From Octopus vulgaris (taxonomy: Eukaryota), in contig OX597820.1 in the NCBI GenBank assembly GCA_951406725.2, forward strand, positions 12,152,001-12,216,000: DNA of 64,000 bases, written 5' to 3'. Positions within the stretch are counted from its first letter, which is position 1; each line of letters starts with the position of its first letter. This document shows positions 28,366 through 39,500 of the stretch, one piece after another. The position numbers and the translations under genes are program-made. The notes beneath the pieces are model-generated. The model worked only from the letters and a program-made list of their open reading frames with translations, ran no database searches and had not been told where the DNA came from.

Positions 28366-29239
28366 TTGCAATCGTACCTTTATAGTACCGGAGCTGTTAC
28401 TAAATATGTGTGCGTGTGTGCGTGCTTGTGTGTGTATATACCTACGCATGAATGTGCGCGCGGCGTCTCTGTTTACGTTTCGGCAATTTCAACTAATCGT
28501 TGTTTATATGTCCCCTCTATCTCCTGTGGCATAGTGGTTTGATAAAAATTTAATCAATATGACAGACCAATGTTCTTGGCAGCAGTGCTCCTGCGTTGCG
28601 ACGATAGTGCTACGTATATGCATGTATGTATGAATGTAATGTAGGTCAGTCTTTATTTGTGGGAAAATATCTTTTTTATACCATAGTGAAATATATTCTT
28701 ATGAATATACATGCACTTTTCAGACTATCAGATATTTCCGAATGTTTTACTTTTTATTATAGATTTATAGACACTGTAGCTGTACACTGATGCAGATATA
28801 ATTCAATATACACATTTTACAACTTGAGATATTTCATTATCCAGTCATTCATCGATGTATTCATCATCTTCATATAAATTTGTTGAAAACCATTTCCAAC
28901 ACACAAAAGCAAACCTGTCAAATAAATTGACGCTTGCAGTATAAGATCTAGATCCTATTTCACCGAAGTAGGTGATATATAATGATGTGAATGAAAATGA
29001 TTCTATTCATTCGTTTTATTTTCCAGAATTTTACCAGAGTAGAATTTATCACAATTTTTTGTCACGAATCTTCTATTTCAGTGAAATTACTCTATCTTTT
29101 GTATTTTGTTTTATTTGAATCTTCATTTATTTGGTTACATGATTTTATTTGATGTGCAAATGTGTGGATCCGTAGTATTGTATGAGCTGGATAAATCCAT
29201 TGAAAAATATATTCAGGGGTCAAATTGACTACTGACTAA

Positions 29240-29980
29240 CAATTTGAAGTTCGTGAAAGTCGTCTGCTGCTGGAGAGGACCGATCAGGTAAAGGACCTGG
29301 GTATCTTGGTGGATTCCTCCTTTTCGCCTTCGGCCCAGTGCGTCCATGCTGCCAACAAAGCGCGCGGAATTCTGTTTTTGATTCGACGGTCATTCGGAAT
29401 TTCTCACAGCAGCCATATTCCTGCCACTCTATGTCACGCTGGTGAGACCCATATTGGAGTATGGGATTCAAGCCTCTTCTCCTTATCTCCTCAAAGACAT
29501 ACAGCATCTCGAAAGAGTCCAGAGGCTGGCTACTCGCATGGTTCATGGTCTCAAAAATTTGTCCTACGAAGAAAGGCTGATGACGCTCGACCTTTATTCT
29601 CTTGAAAAACGCCGCCGCCGTGGTGATCTCATTCTCGCCCACAACATCATAAGCGGGAAGTGTAACCTCTCGAAAGAGCTGTTCTTCACTCCTGCTCCGG
29701 AGCGTCGGCTGCGGGGTCATTCCGAAAAGCTCTACCTGCGACGATTTCATCTCAATCGAAGGAGAGGAGCTTTCTCCGTCCGGGTTGCGGATCCGTGGAA
29801 CAAGCTGCCAGACGAGATGGTGAAGATGCCGACGACCGCTTTGTTCAAAGCCTCCCTGGACCTCAAGTGGCCTGAACTCTTTACATGAACACCACCCTGT
29901 ACTTAACTCCATGTACCCCTACATGGCCTTGCTATTTGCTTTTGAGCCAAATTAACTAACTAACTAACTAACTAACTAAA
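29240..29980 (+). mobile_element. 5'-truncated CR1-type LINE: ORF2 C-terminus, 3' UTR and (CTAA)n tail
   Basis: KDLGILVDSSFSPSAQC..., one frameshift near 29400, then LYVTLVRPILEY..LERVQRLATRMV..SYEERL..LEKRRRRGDLI..RLRGH..FSVRVADPWNKLP, stop at 29888; higher GC than flanks; (TAAC)n tail. Confidence 0.93.
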
Positions 29981-30355
29981 ATGCTACCAACTGACTGGAT
30001 GTAAAATTATTACATGCATAGAAATTTCCCTCGAAACTATATCCACTGTTTAGCTAAAGCCTCACCAAATTAGAAATAGGCTCCACCGGCGAACCACAAC
30101 ACTTCTTTGTTGCAGAATTGTTTTTAATATCTCAAAATATTCATATGCACAGATGCACCTATAATACACAAATAGAATAGCATCAAGTGAGCTGTATTTT
30201 AGAATTACGAACGACAAATAATTAGTAAATATTTTACTTCTACATGCTTTCTTGTTTGAAAACAATACTACGAAATTTATCTTTAAAAGGAAGAATTCTT
30301 ACGACTACAGAACATATGAAAACCTTCCGAATATGTTCAGTATATATGTATATGT

Positions 30356-30665
30356 GGAGGGGCAATGGCCCAGTGGTTAGGGTAGCGGACTCGCGGTCGT
30401 AAGATCGCGGTTTCGATTCCCAGACCAGGCGTTGTGTGTGTTTATTGAGCGAAAACACCTAAAAAGCTTCACGAGGCTCCGGCAGGGGGTGGTGATCCCT
30501 GCTGTACTCTTTCACCACTCGTTCTCCCACTTTCTTCTGTTGGCCTGCTGTTGGCCGTCGTTCGAAGGCTAAAACAATGCGAACGCATTGTGACCAGCGA
30601 TGTGTAGCAACATCTGATGGTCTGGTCAGTCACGTGATATCACGTGATCACGTGATCACGTGATA
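30356..30665 (+). mobile_element. Full-length family B SINE
   Basis: A and B boxes, RTE-like tail, terminal (CACGTGAT)n repeats. Confidence 0.92.
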
Positions 30666-30869
30666 TATGTATATATTTATGCTTTACAAAATATACAAAC
30701 GAGTTTAACACTGTCACTAATTGTTTGTGTTTGCGTTGGAGAGTTCAGTCTGTTTTGAGTTCCAGTAAAACGGATTGACATCTCCGTAGAGCTGTTTGAT
30801 AATAAGCATAGACCACCTGTTAGCCTTAGGCCCTATAAAACATGAATGTTGTACGGGCGCGCGCGCGTG

Positions 30870-30914
<45 letters not shown>

Positions 30915-31029
30915 CGCTACTTGATACTGGGTCGGTACTTATTTTCAGCTGAGTGGGCTGGAACAACTTATATAGAATTTCATCAAGGATACAACAATCC
31001 CAGAATCCTAAGCAGTAGTCCATTTGCCT

Positions 31030-31069
<40 letters not shown>

Positions 31070-31919
31070 TAATCATATTACACCTAACAGAAAATTACAA
31101 AATATAATGTATAGTTTATAGATCCATATGTATGAAGTTATACACACACGCACATACACAGAATCTGCAGACACAAATACAAACAGAAATACAGGCACAT
31201 CTGTACAGGTTTTCTGTTTGTGTGTTGATTATGACATAAGTTTCCCGTAGCAAGAAACACGATTACATGTACGAACTGATATTTAATCAAATCCACATTT
31301 TGTTCAACTATACAAACGACTAGTGAGTACAGATTATAAAAGAACTGATTGTACACCTAAATAAACATAGCTAATTACAAAGGATTAAATACTAGACTGA
31401 ACTCTAAGCTCTAACCTCCACATTCAACCCAAACAAAAGGGAACGTGGAGGTTGGTGTCAAAATAAAATCAACAACTAAACCTTGTGACACACCTAATGA
31501 CTACCTAACATTCTCACTTATCTACATTCTTTTGCACACACCTGAAAGCAACCGCAAGACTGAAGCTGACACGCCTAAATAGACACACCTGATTACAAAG
31601 TTTTACATACATCACTAAATTCTGAACAGTAAAATCAATTCTAAATTTATTCAATAAGTAGCTTCCATCACAACCTACGCTTTTACCTAATTACCACTCA
31701 ACGGAAGTCCACCTACCGCAGAAAATCTTAAGAGCGACTACATAAAGATGATAGTGGAAACTTCCGAGTCACTGTTAATACTTTTCTTGTCAGAGGATAA
31801 TAAATATGCATTCTTCAATTAAGTGTAAAATTATTTTTAATATAACATAATAAAAATAATTCTCCCCACTGTGTGTGTGTATGTATGTATGTATGTATGT
31901 ATGTATGTATTTCTACATA

Positions 31920-31974
<55 letters not shown>

Positions 31975-31976
<2 letters not shown>

Positions 31977-32090
31977 AATAGTAATGATAAGACAACAAAA
32001 GAATGAATGAGACCTCGATATTATGTAAATAGAGGAATTTATCTGTAATATAGTGATAACCGAATAATTGTCACATATTATATTACATAT
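31975..32090. mobile_element. Short (TA)n-embedded repeat element
   Basis: GACAACAAAAGAATGA..GAGACCTCGATATTA.GTAAATAGAGGA is the reverse complement of about 7700-7745; both copies adjoin simple repeats. Confidence 0.65.
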
Positions 32091-32099
32091 ATATATGCA

Positions 32100-32193
<94 letters not shown>

Positions 32194-32619
32194 CATTAGT
32201 TTATCATAACTTTCAACCAGAGGCTGTGGCTATACTGTGGGCATCACCATATACGCTACTGCTTGCTTATGTTAGACTTACTTCTCGACCTTGTCTCGGG
32301 AATCGGTCCTGGCGAAGTAGAAAGTTGGACAGAACTGGCCTTTTTTGCGAGCCTTGCTGTGCTATGGCTTAAGTTGGCATACCAGAAAAAATTGTAGAAT
32401 TGTTCCTCGAACGCATTCACATCTATACCATATAGATCATTAAGGTATTGAAAAGTTGTGGGGCCTTTAAACCCTGAGCTGTTACAATAGTGGATCCTTA
32501 CTCTGGAGAAAGTGGGATCTTTGGTAGTATATAGAGGCATCCAATCCAATGATGGGTATAGATTTCTATCTCAAAATTGGGTGCTAAACGTTCCAAGAAC
32601 TTCTATATCACTCGTTCGT

Positions 32620-32660
<41 letters not shown>

Positions 32661-32709
32661 ATCCACATTAAGCACATAAATGCTAAAATATGTTATAATA
32701 TATAATATA

Positions 32710-32769
<60 letters not shown>

Positions 32770-32960
32770 TTGTGTCTGTGTTTGTCTATCACCAATACTT
32801 GACAATTGGCGTTGGTGTGTTTGCGTTCCCGTAACTTAGAAGTTCAGCGCGAGAGACCAAAATAATAAGAACACAGGCTTTAAACAAAGTACTCAGGTAG
32901 ATTCATCCAATTGAAACTTATTTAAGTTGGTGCACCTGCTTGGTCACAATCTACTGAAAA
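32770..32960 (+). mobile_element. Degenerate family C SINE 3' part
   Basis: TGTGTTTGTC..CTTGACAA..GGTGTGTTTGCGTTCCCGTAACTTAG..GAGACC. Confidence 0.65.
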
Positions 32961-33565
32961 GTGTGTATTCTCCGTTACAGAATAATCGTACGAAATATAT
33001 CAGAAAGCAATAAAACAAGGTTGTAAATTGTCTAAATATGCCTTTCCCGTCTAAATCTGTCCGACTATGAGGAACGCTTCCGGGGAGTCCTCTGAATAGG
33101 CAAGTTTTTGATCTCTGCTGCACAGGGCAGCAAAAACATCAGCACTTCAAGAGAAAAAAAGTTGCTACCGCGTCTGCTGGTTTAACACGGCTGAAAGTCA
33201 AGCAGTTAAATGCCTGCTTCCTCTGTCTTTCTTGGTCACTCACTCATGTTTGTTTTGTCACGCTTTTTACGCCCCTCCTCGAAAATGGAATACAATGAAA
33301 ATAACATCACTGCTGTTATTATGACGAAGTGAGCAGTAAAATACTTGCGTTTCTTTCTTTCTCTTGGCGACTTTGTACTAAGAAATGAAGAGTACGAAAG
33401 AAAGGTACATATGACTACAATGAATGTGGTGAAAATTATCAATAATCAATTATAGATTACACAAAAAATTATTTACCGGGCAAAATAGTAAGGCATGCAA
33501 TGCATACGTTGCATACATAGACACTTCGCCCCTGATACATACATACATGCACACACGTATATATG

Positions 33566-33614
<49 letters not shown>

Positions 33615-33767
33615 CATACATATTATAACTTAGGGTATCTACGAAATACTGGTATTTCGTAGATACCTTAAGTTATAATTTTAATAATAATTATTACCTT
33701 TGAAGGTTTTTATTTCCATGCTGGCCACTTGATAAGAGCGTTGTTTAATTTAAATTAACGATCTTAT

Positions 33768-33810
<43 letters not shown>

Positions 33811-34067
33811 TATAAAATTGTGTATATGTATAAAATTGTGTGCATATATATATATGCATGTAGTTGAAAAATATCGTTATAGGTATAAATATACCATAAA
33901 CAATTATAGAAAAATGGAGCAGAAAAAGATGTTGAATAAAAATTAGATTTAATACAAAATAAGATTCAATACATACACTCGTTTCAAAGGACAGTACAAA
34001 TATGTAAGAAAGGAATTATATTTTTTTCTTACATATGTATTGTATATATATATATATATATATATAT

Positions 34068-34280
34068 AAAGTTAATCCAAACATGAAAACACAAAGAGAA
34101 AACACAACAACGCAAGGACGTGGAACAAATATAGTATTATTGGATGCTCAGGAAGGACGAGAAGAAGGGTTCAACGTTTCGAGCGGAGCTCTTCGTCAGA
34201 AACATAGGAAAAGGAAAGTTCCAGAGAAGGGAAGACGGAGGAAAAAAATCGCCAACGGTACACATGCGGTCACATTTTGA
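34068..34280 (-). mobile_element. (TA)n-abutting Penelope-type terminal repeat containing a minimal hammerhead ribozyme
   Basis: Homologous to 58333-58544 with the same boundary next to (TA)n; followed by about 1 kb of degenerate GT-rich sequence. Confidence 0.75.
34169..34203 (-). ncRNA. Minimal type-I hammerhead ribozyme motif
   Basis: Minus strand GTTT-CTGACGA-A-GAGC(TCC)GCTC-GAAACGTT-GAAC: intact CUGANGA and GAAA, 4-bp stem II, palindromic AACGTT stem III, GUU site, 4-bp stem I. Confidence 0.7.
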
Positions 34281-34329
34281 ATGACCGGAAGGAAATGGGT
34301 GAAGAAAAGTTCTTTCAAAAACAGGAGAG

Positions 34330-35310
34330 TGTAAGAGGAGGTATGTGTGTGTAAGTGTGGATATGTGCGTGCGCGAAGGTCTGCGTGTGTGTGTGTGTGT
34401 GTGTGTTTATGTGTGCAATGATAACACATGTGTGAGTGTGGTTGTGACTGTTAATCTATGTGTGTGGCAGGGCTTAGTATTGTTTAAGGTTAAGGAAGGA
34501 ATTAGGAGTGGCTCTTGTGTCTACCCATGGTCAGTGAGAGGTACTGCTTGTTTGAAGTACGTGTGTGCGTGTATGTATATGGATTGTGTGCGTGTTTTGT
34601 TTGTAGTGTGTGTGTGTGTGTGTGTGTGCGTATGTATGTGTGTGTTCGTGTGTGTATGCGTAGAGTTTGTGTGTGTGGCGAATAACTGCTTTACTTTGTG
34701 TATGTGTGCGTGTGTGCTTGTACGTACGTATGTGTGTACACATGTATGTATAATTGTGTGCTGTGTGTATGGGATGTATGTGTGGGTTCATTTGTGTGTG
34801 TGTGTTTATGTATGTGCGTGCTTGTCGTATGTGCGTGTGTGTCTGTGCCCATGTGTGTATAATTGTGTGCGTATCTGTATGAGTATTGTTTGTTGGAGGT
34901 ATATGTGGGCATCTGTGCTGGTGTGTGTGTATGTACGTGTGTATATGTGTGTGTGCGTGTATTATGTGTGTATGTATGTGCGTGTGTGCATGTGTGTATG
35001 TGCGTGCGTGTGTATATGTGTGTGTGAACGTGGAGATGTGTGTCAGGTTGTGTTCATTTTATTGTGTGTACGTGCGTGTGCTTGAGTATGTGCGTGTATG
35101 TGGTTGTGTGTACGTTTATGTGTGTGTCTAAAGGTATGTGTGTGCGTGGGGTTGGGTGGGATAGGTTTCTGTGCATTCCTGTGTGTGTATATGTATATGT
35201 ATGCATGTGTGTATGTGCGTTGTAGTATGTGTGCGTATATGTGCATGTATATATGTTGTAGGTGTGTGGTGTGTGGTGTGTGGGAGGTATGTGTGTGTGT
35301 GTATGTGTTC
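34330..35310. repeat. About 1-kb degenerate (GT)-rich simple sequence
   Basis: Direct reading; explains the Cys/Val-rich ORFs 34345-35397. Confidence 0.9.
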
Positions 35311-35337
35311 GTGTATAAAAACAATAAAATTATAAAC

Positions 35338-35377
<40 letters not shown>

Positions 35378-35384
35378 GAATGAC

Positions 35385-35648
35385 CATGGGATTCCACCTA
35401 GAAATTTACCCTGTGAGGCACAAGTCCGGGCAAGGTTGTTTGTGGAAGACCAGCAGGCGTTCATGAATATCAGCCTCCCCTCTCCACACCACTGATGTTA
35501 TCGAAGGGATATAGCTTGGCGAGTCAACTGGAGCAACGTGAAATAAACTGTCTTACTCAAGAACACAACACGCAGTCCGGTCCGGGAATCGAAGTCACAA
35601 CTTCACGAACGTAAGGTCGACACTCTAACCACTGAGCCATGCGCCTTC
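35385..35648 (-). mobile_element. tRNA/CORE-like SINE with a different 3' tail
   Basis: Reverse complement: GAAGGCGCATGGCTCAGTGGTTAGAGTGTCG..TTCGATTCCCGGACCGG..CTTGAGTAAGACAG..TTTCACGTTGCTCCAG. Confidence 0.8.
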
Positions 35649-35676
35649 ACTATTTGTATATTTATGTATATATATC

Positions 35677-35764
<88 letters not shown>

Positions 35765-35850
35765 TGTGTGTGTGTATATGAATATATATCTATATCTTAT
35801 ATACGTGTATACATATATGTATATATCTATATATATCTACACATATATCC

Positions 35851-35929
<79 letters not shown>

Positions 35930-38846
35930 CGCCGAGCTTACGGAGAGGTTTCTATTAACCAAATTCATTCAGAAAGTATTTGTCAACGTGGGTCTATAGT
36001 ACAAGACAATTGAAAGAGTCATACACTAGCGCTGAATACGAAATCAAATGGCTGCGAAGTGAACTTCTTAAATGAATAGCGATGCTCACACCTATGTGTT
36101 TATATATATATATGTATGTATAAGGATAATAAAATGATAAATGGCGCTTACAGAAAATTGTATTCCTCCTACACTGCATGTGATGACAGCGGCTACAGTT
36201 TAGAATTCTTTTTTGTGAACTAATCTGCTGGAATATGATATTTGGCACGTAGAGAACAGATGTTGATTTTGAATTATAACTATTGTTCTGAGAATTCTAT
36301 ATTGTGTTAAATATAACTCCGTAATAGGTATTTTATTGTATTGCTTAGTTCCAAATACATCGCGTGAATGCTATTATGATATCCCATGGTTCCATTAGTG
36401 AGTGTAAAGTTCCAGAAGTTCATGCTAGGCGGAAGATGAAAGGAAGATAACCTCTTATTTTAAAAGGGACAGATTCTTTGGAATATTCGTGATGTGATAA
36501 AACAACTAGAAATGTCCTCACAATAAAGTTACTTTACCCTAAACTATTCATACGTTCAAACACATGCGCACAGAAACACTTTAGACACCGCTACCAAAAG
36601 AATGCATTGTTTTTTTCTTTATCTTTACACAAGTTACAAATCTGGGCAACTCTATATACTGCTACATGTATGAATAATTTTTATCTGATATACACTGATA
36701 AGTTCATGTGTTCATACTCTCACACAAGTGCACAGACACGCACAAACTCGCACACGTATATATAACATGCAGTTTGTTTGCAGAAGGTACAAGTTTGGGC
36801 AATTCTGTATGCTGCTAAATATTGAATGACTCACTTTTATCCGATATTTCAATAAAATAATCTTCCTCTCTATGTGCCGTTTTCGTAGGCTTATAGATAT
36901 TTCAAGAATCTGAACTTTAGCACATTGATGTCAAAGTCAGTTCCAAACTGAAAATACATACGTGTTTTACAAGACTTTTTATTCACTTTGAATGAATTCT
37001 ATAGGGATGTGAAGGTATATATCAGTTGGTAATGCACTCGATTCATTTATTCCAATGAATAAAAAAAAAGATATTAGAAAGTGAATATTCGATTTCGTGT
37101 GCAGGTATATACAATTCTTTCATTTGACAAACCTAATTGATGAAATAAATAAAGTTCTATTTCTAAGTCTGTATATCACCCAGTATCCATCATATCTAGA
37201 AATAAGTGTCAAAATTGCATAATTAATTGAGAAAGGTGGAATGAATTGTTTTGAACTCTGTGTCTACTATACCAACATGTTTACGTTTCGTTCTTTCAAT
37301 TTTATTAGTTAAATTGTTACCACAACCGTATATCAAACAATTAATATATTGCAAAATATCATAGTCCTTAAATAATATTTATATAAAAATCCAAGGCAAT
37401 CAATAAGAGAATAGTTAATGAGAATAATTACCAAATGCTCGATCGAGTTGACTTCCTGAGTTGTAACTGCGTCCATTATGATTCATTATTAATTAAATTT
37501 TTCATCACTCCAGTGCCGATATACTCGGAGTATTTCTATAGAGTCGATCAACCTGTTAGAAATAAAAAATGAATCACCTTCATTTATATCGTACCATCTT
37601 AAATAAAAAAAAAATATATGGGACAATGTAATCTCTGGTTACGGATGAATATCTTTAATAACAGATCAGCCAGAAATTTGATGAACTGCAGTTGCACATT
37701 TTTCTTCTATACATTAACTAACCTAAGTATATATTTTCTTACATAGATTAATCACTATTACTTTCTCCATAATTTCCCCCCATAAGCATCATCCAGATTT
37801 CAGACTTTTATTTTTTTCATGAACAAAGACCTTAGGCATCACTTGTGCACGTCTTCTGACATAAAACTCTAAAATAAGCTAAAGTTAGTTTTTTTTTTAA
37901 ATGTATAAATATTATAATTCGTAGATATTCCGGCATGTGGTACAGTAGCCCTTTTAAGTTTGTCTTCTCTATGTCCTGAATTAAAATCTACGGAAATTTC
38001 TTTTTTTTAATATATCGTTTCAATTTCAATAACATTTCAATATCGGTAATACATTGCATGATATCAGCTGACTCATTATCCAGCGTGACTAGTTTTGTAT
38101 TTAGTTAATTATATCAGCATAATTGCCGAATCACATCTTGTTGAATTTCTTCGAAATGAACAGATATACCTTCAAATGTTTGTAACAGGCCCCAAAAAAC
38201 TGTAAACTATCGACAAACAAACATAAATTCAACCTACTCTACGCTTTATTATTCAGTATATTGACTCTGTTGTTAATTGCTAAGTAGATATCTATTTCGA
38301 TAAATTAAAGCAGAAAAATGTTTTTGTAGACATGATAATAGTATCAGTTCTCTGCTGCTTAGTGCACGAAATTGGGTAAATTTATGGTTAGGGAGGTTCG
38401 AAGACAAGCAGATATAAAAATGCAAAAGTAAGTAGTTGAGAATTTTGCAGAATATGGGTTAAGAAGAAGGTGAGAAAATAAAGAGGTAGATTCGTGGATT
38501 GGTATGTTAAACTTTCGTTGATAAATGGTGGAAGAAAAAGATCTCTATCAAATAGGAAGACTACGTTGCTACGTAGTTAAGTTTTCGTTACACAATTGGA
38601 CAGATAGTTATAAATTAAATAAATAGATATACGCGTGAATTAGACGGTTTCTTGGCTACTTCATTGGTAAAGAGGAACCGAATATGCTGACGTGAAGATA
38701 AGAAATGTCTAGGTTTGAAAGATAAATGTTTGAAGTAGTATTGTCTGACCTTCACTTTTAATAACTAGGTAAGGTTTTTCTCTCTTCATTAAAGCAGAAT
38801 TTGCTATATGAAGATATATTATGCGCAAATTGAAATTTCGAGATGC

Positions 38847-38848
<2 letters not shown>

Positions 38849-38926
<78 letters not shown>

Positions 38927-38938
38927 ACACACACACAC
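38849..38938. repeat. (CA)n tract
   Basis: Direct reading. Confidence 0.95.
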
Positions 38939-39209
38939 ATGCAATATATTCATATAGGAAAAGTATCTTTACTTTTAGCTAGGTACTGGTTTACACAATC
39001 ATTCTCTAGTTCTGCCCTTTTTTTAGGAAGTTATTTTTATATTATCGTATGGATTTCTTGTAGGTAGCTTAGGCCAGCAAAATCCCCAATTCTATCGTTT
39101 CTCATCTTCAGTATGATGTGATGGTGGTATGTGTTGCTGTAAGTAGTATGTCTTTTAATATTAGGCAGGATTGTGTGATTGGTATAAGCATGGAATTTTG
39201 GCGATTATA

Positions 39210-39500
39210 TTTAATGCGATCCACGCTAGAAATATTACGAGAGCATATCCGAAATGAGATATTTCGAGAACGGAGCGGAATGAACGATGTGATCGCAGAG
39301 TACCGGAAGTACAAGATGCCCGGGATCAGACATACTGCAAGATATCGGAAAAGGCTAATTGGAAGAACTCCATGACGATAGGAAGACAATTTAGTTAAGC
39401 AATGGTCAAGATAGAAAGGACAGCGCAATCAAGACAGAATTGGAGGCACATTGTGACCAGCGATGTATAATAGCATCTGATGAGCCGGCCGATGACATAA
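39210..39500 (+). mobile_element. RTE-clade LINE 3' fragment
   Basis: LREHIRNEIFRERSGMNDVI..HTAR..RKRLIGRTP*R*EDNLVK..TAQSRQNWRH fits the RTE C-terminus (D.IRNE.IR.R.GV.DV..WAGH.AR..GRP..RW.D); its 3' end matches the family-B SINE tail. Confidence 0.8.

Noticed and set aside
29229-29912. 227-aa minus-strand ORF
   Set aside because: Antisense shadow of the CR1 ORF2 fragment.
32256-32549. 97-aa non-repetitive minus-strand ORF as a host exon
   Set aside because: No recognisable domain, in-frame stop just upstream, no good splice acceptor, and it runs into a SINE-like tail; cannot be fully excluded without RNA-seq.
34345-35085. 246-aa Cys/Val-rich ORF
   Set aside because: Translation of a degenerate (GT)n repeat; not a metallothionein or similar protein.
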